A stretch of DNA of 64,000 nt from an uncultured delta proteobacterium (GTDB taxonomy: Bacteria; Myxococcota_A; Polyangia; Fen-1088). How positions within the stretch are numbered: position 1 is the stretch's first letter; the number at the start of each line of letters is the position of its first letter. Shown here in pieces: positions 12,568-21,155 of this stretch. The stretch covers positions 32,001 to 96,000 of the forward strand of contig CAWCMR010000008.1 of assembly GCA_963796685.1 (NCBI GenBank). The letters run 5' to 3'. A model generated the notes under the pieces. That model searched no databases. It had not been told where the DNA came from and saw only the letters and a list, made by a program, of their open reading frames with translations. The position numbers were made by a program, and so were the translations under genes.

Positions 12568-14388
12568 TCAGTAACTGAACTGCACGCGGTGGGGGTGCTC
12601 GGCGACGATCTCTCGGTCCAATGTCCAGATGCGGTTCTCGGGAATCACGAACACCCCGACCATGTGCCTGCCCGGATCGAGCCGCACGCCCGCGATGGGG
12701 CAGAACGCGCCGATCTCCTTGCCGTCGATGAAGACCGGGTATTTGCCCTCGGTGGCGCAAGCCACGTTGAGCCCCACGCTGCCGGTTAGGGGGAAGATGG
12801 CCGGGACCATCTCACGTTCGAACACCGCGCCTTTGCTGGTGTCGATCACGTCGCGCAACATGCGATAGCCGGAGGCCGTGATCACCAGTCGGTGCGCTCC
12901 CGGCAACGTCAAGATGGTGGAAGGCGCGCTTCCCACTTCCTTGCCGTCGAGCCAAACCGCCGCCCCGGGGGGAGAAACCTTGAGCACCAGATGGCCTGGC
13001 GGAATCGCCGGGACGTCCGGCAGCTTGGGCTTCGCCGCCTCCAGCCGTGCGCGCTCGGCGGCCAAGGCATCGTCCCTTTGCTGTCCTTGCGCACGCGCTG
13101 CGCGCCAGCTTTGAGCGAAAAAGTAGCCCTCGACCGCGACCAGCACGACCACCACCGCCACCGGCACCCAAGCGTAGCGAAAAATCCTGCGCGCGAAGGC
13201 ACTCTTGGTCCACTCAAGCAGGCGGATGGCCCTGCGTCGACGCCGACGCTTCACCGTCCCATCGGCGGCGACCTCGACTTCGTCGTCCTCGTCCTCGTCG
13301 TCGAAAACCGCGCCTACATCGGGATCATCCGCCGAAATACCGTTGCGCACGTTCTCGTGCATGCCCGTCGGCCCCGCCTGTGGCACGAAGACGAAAGGCC
13401 GGACCGCCTCGGCCTCCTCGGCATCGCTTCCAGTGGAGGCCTTCGGGATCGACGACGGCGTTTGCACTTCCGGTTCGGGCCACGGCCGATCGTCACCCAT
13501 GGCGCGTGCATCTTGCCGAAGCATCTTGGGAGGCGGGATGGCGAAGCCGAGCCCGGCGTTGGCCGAGAGCAGCGCCACCGAGATCTGGCGCGCAGCCTCG
13601 CCCGCCGACTTGGGCCGATCCGCCGCCGCGTAGGAAAGCAACCGGGCCATGACATTGGCCACAGCAGGGTGAAGACCCTCGAGAACAGGCGGCCCCTGGG
13701 CAAGGCGATGCGCGAGCTCCTCGGGCGTGCTTGCCTCACCGGGCGGCCGGCCGTAGCAAAGGAAGTGCATCAGCGCGCCGAGAGCATAGAGATCGGAGGC
13801 CTGGCCGCCCGCCTCCCCACGCAACTGCTCGGGCGCGGCGTAGCGCCAACTCTCGCTCGGCCAGCCCGTCTCGAAACGCAGCGCCTCGCCGATGCCACAG
13901 TCGAGGAGGAGGATGTCGCCGGTGGGCCGGATCAGCACGTTCCCAGGCGACAGGCTGCCGTGCTTGCGCGGTCCATCGGGCTGGGCATGAAGGGGCGAAA
14001 GCCGCTCGGCGAGCTTGCGTCCCACGAGGCCGACCAGGCGAGCATCCATGAGACCAACGCCTGCGACCGCTTGCGCCCGCAGCTGGCGCAGGTCCACGCC
14101 TTCCTTGAATTCGAACGCGGCGAAGACCGGCCCGGGGCTCTCTCCGATCTCCACGACATTGGCCGTGCCCGGCAGCGACGACCACTGCAGCGCGCGAGCT
14201 GCCTCTACGAAACGCGATGTGACCTCGGACCGAGGCGAGTCGTCGCGCAGCACCTTGAGCGTGAAGATCTGCGCCTCGACCGCGGACAGAGGTTCGAGCG
14301 CGCGTGCCCGATAGGTCATGGTCACGCTGCCCTGGCCGAGCAAGGCCTCGGGCAGATAACGACCCAGGCGCGCACCGTTCGCGCTCAT
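12568..14388 (-). CDS. Membrane Ser/Thr pseudokinase with C-terminal PEGA-like domains (paralog of 7226..8977)
   Basis: GQGSVT, TLKVL, HGSLSPGN (no catalytic Asp), DCG, YAAPEQ, DLYALG; acidic then Arg-rich segment, TM, PEGA LVLKVSPPGAAVWLDG. Confidence 0.85.
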   Translation of the reverse strand: MSANGARLGRYLPEALLGQGSVTMTYRARALEPLSAVEAQIFTLKVLRDDSPRSEVTSRFVEAARALQWSSLPGTANVVEIGESPGPVFAAFEFKEGVDLRQLRAQAVAGVGLMDARLVGLVGRKLAERLSPLHAQPDGPRKHGSLSPGNVLIRPTGDILLLDCGIGEALRFETGWPSESWRYAAPEQLRGEAGGQASDLYALGALMHFLCYGRPPGEASTPEELAHRLAQGPPVLEGLHPAVANVMARLLSYAAADRPKSAGEAARQISVALLSANAGLGFAIPPPKMLRQDARAMGDDRPWPEPEVQTPSSIPKASTGSDAEEAEAVRPFVFVPQAGPTGMHENVRNGISADDPDVGAVFDDEDEDDEVEVAADGTVKRRRRRRAIRLLEWTKSAFARRIFRYAWVPVAVVVVLVAVEGYFFAQSWRAARAQGQQRDDALAAERARLEAAKPKLPDVPAIPPGHLVLKVSPPGAAVWLDGKEVGSAPSTILTLPGAHRLVITASGYRMLRDVIDTSKGAVFEREMVPAIFPLTGSVGLNVACATEGKYPVFIDGKEIGAFCPIAGVRLDPGRHMVGVFVIPENRIWTLDREIVAEHPHRVQFSY

Positions 14389-14471
14389 GCGTACGAACCC
14401 CTCATGCCCCGAACCATCGACGGATCGCCGCAAGCCCTGGAATTCATCCGCAAACTTCAAGACCTGACGCG

Positions 14472-14942
14472 TTAGCGAGGTGCGCAGGCTCGCTGGCGAA
14501 CGACCTCGAACATGGCCACGCCAGCAGTCGTCGACAAATTGATCGAACGCAGGCTCGGTTCGACCATGGGGATGCGTACGGCACGTTCGCGGTACCGAGC
14601 CAACAGCGCTTTGGGCAACCCCACGCTCTCGCGACCGAACACCAGCGCCACGTCAGCGGGATACTTCACCTCCCAAAAGGTCCGCGACGCCTGTGAGGAA
14701 AAGAAGAAGGGCTCGCCCAGCTCCGGCAGCTTCTGCTCGATGGCCTCCCAGCTTGGCCACACATGCAAACGCACGCTCGGCCAATAGTCCAGGCCGGCAC
14801 GGAGCAGATAGCGGTCGTCCAGCGAGAAGCCCAGCGGCTCGACCAGGTGCAGATCCGCGCCCGCGGCCAAGGTTGTTCGACCGATATTGCCCGTGTTCCA
14901 GTGGATTTCGGGTTCGACCAGGATGACATGTAGGGAAGGCAC
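14472..14942 (-). CDS. trmL: tRNA (cytidine(34)-2'-O)-methyltransferase (SPOUT)
   Basis: LVEPEIHWNTGNIGRT, RAGLDYW, VFGRES, RSINLS; GTG start at 14942. Confidence 0.92.
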   Translation of the reverse strand: MPSLHVILVEPEIHWNTGNIGRTTLAAGADLHLVEPLGFSLDDRYLLRAGLDYWPSVRLHVWPSWEAIEQKLPELGEPFFFSSQASRTFWEVKYPADVALVFGRESVGLPKALLARYRERAVRIPMVEPSLRSINLSTTAGVAMFEVVRQRACAPR

Positions 14943-14988
14943 GACTTCGACTCGCGAAGAACATAATATGGTGGGGAACCGATTTTCC

Positions 14989-15695
14989 ATGCCCAGTTTG
15001 GAAAGACTCCTGGCTCGCAATCTGCCCTGCTCGCGCAAGGAGGCGCGGCAATGGCTCGGCCGCGCTCCCGACGATCTGCCGCGCGAGATTGCAGCGGACC
15101 ACCTCCCCTTCCGCATCACCATCGAAGGACGAAGCACGGAATTGTACGACTCCTTCCACCTGATGCTGAACAAGCCCGCGGCTTGCGTAACCGCGCTGCA
15201 CGACCCGACCCACGAGACCGCGGCCGCCCACGTCCAGGGTGCGCCGCTCCAGGCGGAGCTGCGCCCGGTCGGGCGACTGGATCTCGATACCACGGGACTT
15301 CTGCTGTGGACCACGGACGGCGCATGGCTGCACCACCTTACCCATCCGCGGGCCGCCATTCCGCGCACGTACCACGCGGCGCTGGAACGGCCGTTCCAGC
15401 CCCCCCGGCCAATCTGGTTCTGCGCGATGGCCATCGCCCGAGCGTCCTCGACCTGCGCCCTTTGCGCGAGGAAGAGCTTCATCCGAGCTTGCTCATCCCC
15501 GACAGCACCCGCCACTTTGCCATCATCACCATCGTCGGCGGCACCTACCACGAGGTCCGGCGAATCTTCGCCGCCCTCGGCAGCCACGTGCGGTCGCTCT
15601 GCCGCGTTTCGTTCGGCGCACTGGAGTTGCCGCGGGATCTGGCGTTCGGGCGGTGGCGCCCGATTGCAAAGGAGACCGTGGAGCGCCCCGCGTGA
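14989..15695 (+). CDS. RsuA-family pseudouridine synthase (frameshift in C7 run near 15400)
   Basis: LNKPAACVT and GRLDLDTTGLLL; second frame has GTYHEVRRIFAALG...LCRVSFGALEL. Adding one C to the run at 15400-15406 joins the frames. Confidence 0.85.
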
Positions 15696-15719
15696 AGTGG
15701 GCTACTGGAAGTGTCTTCA

Positions 15720-16277
15720 CTACCGGACGACGGTGACCAGTCGAAGCAGCTCGGGGCCGAAGGCCACGCCCTCCTCGCGACTGGCCTCGAGGTTCACCAG
15801 GATGGTGTTCTTGCCGCCAATCTGGAACACGCCGAGCGAAAGGCCAAGCTTGAGTTGCGCCTCTTGGCTTCCGACCGTCAGCACCTTGCGAGCTCGAGAC
15901 ACGCTCTCGATTTCGCCCAAGCTCGCATCGAGCCCGCTGCAAACATAGAGGGTGTCGATCCCGTTCTCTCGAACGCTCCGTTCGAGCGCGTCTCGACTGG
16001 TGAAGGAGAGGCTTGCCACCTTCATCGGCAGCCCGGAAAGTGTTGCCGACTCGAGTGGCGTGAAGGCCTTGACGATCGCCTCCGCCATGTTCTCGGAGTC
16101 CTTGTTGCCCTTCTTGGCCAGAATGCCGATATTGACCACTGTTCCCGCCCTGGCCGCGAGGTTGGCATCGTAAGCGATGACCCGTGCCAGGAAAACCGCC
16201 TGCTTACCCGGCGGAAGGGCCGCGCCGTACACGCTCCGACCCAATAGCAGCGCGGCAAGGATCACCCTCGCTGTCAT
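15720..16277 (-). CDS. YfiR/HmsC family (DUF4154-like) periplasmic protein
   Basis: Signal peptide; QAVFLARVIAYD, KVLTVG, ILVNLEASREEGVAFGPELLRL typical of YfiR-like proteins; start could be 16304. Confidence 0.75.
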   Translation of the reverse strand: MTARVILAALLLGRSVYGAALPPGKQAVFLARVIAYDANLAARAGTVVNIGILAKKGNKDSENMAEAIVKAFTPLESATLSGLPMKVASLSFTSRDALERSVRENGIDTLYVCSGLDASLGEIESVSRARKVLTVGSQEAQLKLGLSLGVFQIGGKNTILVNLEASREEGVAFGPELLRLVTVVR

Positions 16278-16535
16278 AGGCCTACGGAGCCGCGAGCTCT
16301 TCATGGCTGCATGGATAGGGCGATAAGCAGGCGAATAGCGGAAAATGCCCGACACCTGCCGCGCTCATCGGAGAAAGGAATTATCGGTGGACTGCGCGAC
16401 GTCAATCACCCATTGCATCGGAAGTTGTTGAAATGCCTTGAGGGCAAACTTCCCTTCCGCAGCGACGGACATCGCGTTCTTGTGGACCGTCGGAACCCAT
16501 CCTCCTTTCATCGGGCCGTTCCGATTTCCGGACAC

Positions 16536-18373
16536 CTACTGAGCCGTACCGACCACATTCAATTCAGCCACGGCGGTGTAGGCCTTGCCCTGGATCTCGG
16601 ACAATGCCCGGAAGCGGATGTAGCGGGCAGCCGTGCTGCTGAACGACACGACCTTCTCGGTGGCGTCGCTCGCGAACGTCCCCGTCTTGACGGCGGTGCC
16701 CCAGTCGGCCGAGTCGGTGCTGGCATAGAGCCGTATTGCCCCACCGTACCGTTGGGGTTGCCGTCCTGGCGGGGCAGATAGCTCATTCCGGTCAGGTTGT
16801 AGATGGCGCCGAGGTCGATCTGGATTTCGTGCGGCAGGGGCGCCGCGCCCCCCGTGTACTTGGAATGCCAGAAGGTCGACGAAATTCCATCGAAGGCGTT
16901 GATCCCGGGATCGTTTTCTGCCGATGTCTCCTCGCTGTCGACCTTGATCAGCTTCCAATTGTCCTGCGCCACGTAGTTGCTGTTGGTGTTACCACCCGAC
17001 CAGCGTCCCGTGGTGAGGTTGAGCTGCCATTGGTCGTAGTCGTTCATGCCCAAGCTGGTTCCTTTCACCACCAGAGGCAACCAGATGTATTTGGAGCTGA
17101 CGAGATCGGGATCCTGCCAGCGGTCGCCGGCGTAGATGTAGGTCGTGACCTCACTGCCGACCACGGGAATGACGTAGGTCGGCTGCGTATCGAAGGTCGT
17201 CGAGTCGCCGAGATTGGTGAGAGCGGTCCACGGCCCGGCGATGGCGGATGCCGTCGCGTACTTGGCTTGGTTGGGATCCCAACTGGTCGCGGCAGAAGTG
17301 ATCAAGAAATAGGTACCACCGACCTTGAACATGGCAGGAGCCTCGCGCTGGCTGCCGGCGAAGAGCTTGATCACCTGTTGCTTCATGTCGAGGTAGTCGT
17401 CGGTGAGCAGGTACACCATCATGTCCTGGTTGTTGTTCGCGGAGGACATGAAGTACGCCTTGCCGTCGTCGTCCTTGAACAGGTTGCAGTCGCGCGACAT
17501 GTTGCCGTTCGGCTGGAAAGACTTCACGAAGGTGTAGTTACCGTCGATGGTGGGGCTGGTGAAAACGCCCGCCGAGGCTTCGCTGTAGTTGCCGTTCTCC
17601 CAGTGCAGCCACATCACGTACTGCTTGGTCGTATCGTTGTAGATGACCTTGGGACGCTCGATGATCCGGTCGGCAGTGTTGAGCTGGGTCGTGGTGCTGC
17701 GGGTGATGATGGCGTTGCGGAATTCCCAGGTCACCAGATCCTTCGAGGCGTAGCAATTGACCGCCTTGAAGGTGGCCGAGTTCTGCGACTTGTCCTCGCC
17801 GATCCAATACCAGGTATCGGCAACCTTGATGAAGCCGCCGCCGTGCGCCTCGATGCGCTTGCCCTTGGTGTCGTTCCAGAACACGCCGTTGTGGAAGGTC
17901 ACCACGACCTCGCCGGTCGCCGCATCGCCCCCCGGGCCGGCATCTCTGGGCGTGGTTTCGGCGACAGGCGCGTCCTGGCCGCGCCCGGTGGCCAGATCTG
18001 CGATGCCGGCCACGTCGCCAGAATCGGCGGTGCCGTCACGCGCGGGACCGGAACCGTCGGAGGCCGGGCCGATACCATCGGAGGCCGCGTCCGCTTTGGT
18101 TCCCCCACCTTGCCCTCCCTGCGTATTGCCGGCAACGCCCGTTCCCCCCGAACCGATGGCCACGCCGCCGGAGCCGAGCCCGCCACCGCCTGTCCCGACG
18201 GCGCCACCCGTGCCCAGCCGTCCCCCACCACCCGACGCTCCCCCCGTGTGCCCTGCGCCGCCCGCGCCACCCGTCTCGAGGGGCCCGGGCTTGTTCGCCG
18301 TGTTGGAACAGCCCACGCTCAGCGTCCCTGCCCAGAGCAGGGCGATCAAACCCTTCATCTTGAGGTGGCCCAT
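16536..18373 (-). CDS. Lipoprotein glycoside hydrolase family 43 (exo-beta-1,3-galactanase-like, subfamily 24) with F5/8 type C (CBM32) domain; frameshift near 16731
   Basis: Lipobox LSVGC, Gly-rich linker, IEAHGGG, IIERPKVIYN, SRDCNLFKDDDG, REAPA, GDRW. F5/8 motifs AFDG..STFWHS and IQIDLG continue in the other frame to ARYIRFRALS. Confidence 0.88.
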
Positions 18374-18485
18374 CGGTCTACGTCTTTCTTCCTGCACAAA
18401 GGAGGATGATTCGCCGCTTCACCCTCTTCGCAGGGCGCACCGGTGACTCTAGCCCAAGCGCTGTCGCATGTCTTGCCCCCGCGGC

Positions 18486-18512
18486 TAAAGCTCGTCGACC
18501 GTCTGCCGATGG
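18486..18512 (+). promoter_or_regulatory. sigma28 (FliA)-type promoter for the binding-protein/TonB receptor operon
   Basis: TAAA-N15-GCCGATGG versus consensus TAAA-N15-GCCGATAA, about 100 nt before ATG 18615. Confidence 0.72.
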
Positions 18513-18614
18513 TATCCGCCAATCGGTGTGCTGTGGAATGCTCGCCCCCCAAGCCTTTCAGCAATGTACCGGCGCTGGTGTTCTGCTATCCCGCTATTTG
18601 ACCAGGAGACAGAG

Positions 18615-19784
18615 ATGCGACGAGTGGCGATATGGTCGGTTCTTGGATCGGTGGCGTTCATGGGAGCCTGTGGCAGCAGCGGCGTCGGCGGAAGTGCAGA
18701 CGCCGGAAGTACGGAGAGCGGGGCCCCTCCACCGGCCGATACCGCACCATCCCCAAGCCCCTTTGCGCCTGCCGCCATCGAAGGCGTCATCAACTCCCTG
18801 GTTGCGGCGGTCGCGGCCCAGAACACGCCGGCAGCGGCCAAGCCTCCGATAGCGGTCCTGCTCAAGGACACGACCACCTATTGGTACCCGGTCATCATCG
18901 GCGCCAACCGCATGAGCACCCAGCTCGTAACGCCATTTGCCGTGGAGGCCCCGCTCATCTCCGATCCGGCCAACACGACCGCGGACCAGGCGGCGGTGCT
19001 CCAGAACCGGTACACCCAAAACTACCTCGCAAACAAACTGTACCGGGGCTTGGCCTACGCGCCCCAGGCCGACAACGCGGACACCGTCGCCTACCTCAAC
19101 CAATTCATCGCCCAATGCGGGCCCGTGGTCACCATCGACAGCGATGCCCCTGACACCAACCGAAGCTACTTCATTGCGACCGCCAACTACCAGGCTGGCG
19201 CGACGGCGGGCAACAAACTGGCCGAGGCCCTGAAGCCCGGAGATACGGTCGCCGTCTTTGGTACGACGATCACGAGTTGGCCGAGTGGCATTCAGCGCGC
19301 CCAGGGCGCGGAAGATGCCCTCACCGCGGCGGGCATGGTCATCGCCCCGAGAATCTCCCCGGCCTTCGACACCACTACCGATATCAATGCCATCATCACC
19401 GAGCTCTCCGATCCCACCTTGAACATCAAGGGTCTTGCGTGCATGTATTCCAATTCCTCCAACTGCGCCGCTGCGGTCGAGGCCACGGGAAAGACCGGTC
19501 TGGTGCAAATCGTCGGGTTCGACATGACCACCGATACCAAGGCCTATTTCGACAGAGGCTATTTCTACGGCGTCGCCGTGCAGCGCCAGTACTACATGGG
19601 TGAGTTGGGCGTGCTGGTGCCTTACGCCATCGACGTCCTCGGAGCGGCCCAAACCGCGACGCTGTTGCAACCCATCCTCGTCCCCACCGACCCGTCGTTC
19701 ATCGATACCGGCATCGACATGATCACCATGACCAACTACGCCGACTACAACGCGTTTCTCAGCTCGCTTGGCATCAATAGTTGA
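18615..19784 (+). CDS. Sugar-binding periplasmic protein (type 1 PBP, RbsB-like), lipoprotein
   Basis: RBS AGGAG; lipobox FMGAC; PVVTIDSD, FIATANYQAG, QIVGFD, VQRQYYMG, IDTG motifs. Confidence 0.88.
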   Translation: MRRVAIWSVLGSVAFMGACGSSGVGGSADAGSTESGAPPPADTAPSPSPFAPAAIEGVINSLVAAVAAQNTPAAAKPPIAVLLKDTTTYWYPVIIGANRMSTQLVTPFAVEAPLISDPANTTADQAAVLQNRYTQNYLANKLYRGLAYAPQADNADTVAYLNQFIAQCGPVVTIDSDAPDTNRSYFIATANYQAGATAGNKLAEALKPGDTVAVFGTTITSWPSGIQRAQGAEDALTAAGMVIAPRISPAFDTTTDINAIITELSDPTLNIKGLACMYSNSSNCAAAVEATGKTGLVQIVGFDMTTDTKAYFDRGYFYGVAVQRQYYMGELGVLVPYAIDVLGAAQTATLLQPILVPTDPSFIDTGIDMITMTNYADYNAFLSSLGINS

Positions 19785-19858
19785 TACCGTATTTGCCTCC
19801 GCCCTCTTCGCGGATCCTCCAAATGCAGGAATCGGGAGCCTCACAGACATCGCCATGG

Positions 19859-21151
19859 ATGAGAAAAGCCGCTTCGGGGACACGTGCAAGGCGGCAGTCC
19901 CCGACGGTTGCATGCGTGGCCTTGGCCGTGCTGCTGCTTTCCGCAATCGACTGCGTGTCGACCCATGAGCCCAGCGCGCCGGCCAATGCCATTCACATAG
20001 GCTCGGTGCTCCCCTTCTCTGGCCAAGGCGCAGCATCCGGAGTCGAGCTGGAGAGTGCCCTTCGCCTCGCCATCGATGTCGTGAATTCGGCCGGCGGACT
20101 GGCTGGGCAGCCGCTCTGGCTCGACGTTGGCGACAGCCACTCGGACAATTCGCGCGGCACCAACAATGCCCTGGAAATCATCGACAGCAGTACCGTACCA
20201 TTCTTCATCGGGCCTGAGGAACCGACCATCGCCTACCAAATCACCAATGCGATCAAGGCCGAGCACATGGTGCACCTCATGCCAGGGCTCACCTCCCCGA
20301 ACGTCCACGATCCAAGTGCCCAGGCCGCGTGGTTCCGGCTGTCTCCCTCGGTGAAGTACTTGGCCTGCGCGCTCGCCAAGTACATGCTCAAGGACGGTAT
20401 CGCCACGGCCAATTTGGTCATCGATCCAGATGATTACAGCGGAACCTTCGCCACCATGTTCGGGCAGACCTTCAGCACCAATGGCGGCACCATGCTTCCG
20501 TCGTTGCAGATCAGCGCCACCAGCCAGGGCTTTGCGGACATCTTCACGACCCTTGCCCGCTATGCCCCCAATGCGACCGTCCTTATGACCTCCCCCGCGG
20601 TTGCCGCACAATTCCTGCAGGAATGGGCCGTGCGTGGCAAGCCCGGGAAATGGTACCTCGGCCCTACGCTCAACAATCCGGAGCTCCTGCGCAACGTTCC
20701 GGCGGGGGTTCTCGAAGGCATGAAAGGAATTTCGGCCGATTTGGGTGCTCGAGCCACCGACTTCGCAGCCTACTTTCAAGCACAAACTGCCATTCCGCCG
20801 CTAACCGGCTCGAACTACTATTTCGACGCGGTCGCGTTGCTTGCCCTGGCTGTCAACCACGGAATTGCCGTCCACGGAGCCATGCCCGCTCCGGCCGCGC
20901 TCACGATGGAGATGCAGGCCGTGACTTCTGCCTCCGGCGAAGTGGTTTCGTTCGACCAACTCGCCGAAGGCCTGGCCTTGGTGAAGGCCGGACAAGCGGT
21001 CCAATACCAAGGCGCCGCCGGAACCTATCTCCTCAATTCGCAGGGCAATTCCACCCAAACTCGCGGCGCCATTTGGCAAATCACGGGCACATCGTTCGAG
21101 GACATCGACTATGAGCAATGCAGCACCCTCGACGTCGTAAACGACACCTAG
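19859..21151 (+). CDS. LivK/branched-chain amino acid-type solute-binding protein (possible lipoprotein)
   Basis: IHIGSVLPFSG, LAIDVVNSAGGLAG, WFRLSPS, YFDAVALLALA, YQGAAG; hydrophobic leader ending in Cys; start uncertain (19781/19823/19859). Confidence 0.85.
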   Translation: MRKAASGTRARRQSPTVACVALAVLLLSAIDCVSTHEPSAPANAIHIGSVLPFSGQGAASGVELESALRLAIDVVNSAGGLAGQPLWLDVGDSHSDNSRGTNNALEIIDSSTVPFFIGPEEPTIAYQITNAIKAEHMVHLMPGLTSPNVHDPSAQAAWFRLSPSVKYLACALAKYMLKDGIATANLVIDPDDYSGTFATMFGQTFSTNGGTMLPSLQISATSQGFADIFTTLARYAPNATVLMTSPAVAAQFLQEWAVRGKPGKWYLGPTLNNPELLRNVPAGVLEGMKGISADLGARATDFAAYFQAQTAIPPLTGSNYYFDAVALLALAVNHGIAVHGAMPAPAALTMEMQAVTSASGEVVSFDQLAEGLALVKAGQAVQYQGAAGTYLLNSQGNSTQTRGAIWQITGTSFEDIDYEQCSTLDVVNDT

Positions 21152-21155
21152 GACC

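Noticed and set aside
16381-16408. sigma28 promoter for YfiR (ACCGATAA on the minus strand)
   Set aside because: Good -10 but poor -35 (TGAT); not enough support to call.
16441-16500. GGCAAAC as the start of a c-di-GMP-I riboswitch
   Set aside because: The GNRA-capped stem and downstream GACGCAAAGC-like elements are missing, and it points away from the neighbouring genes.
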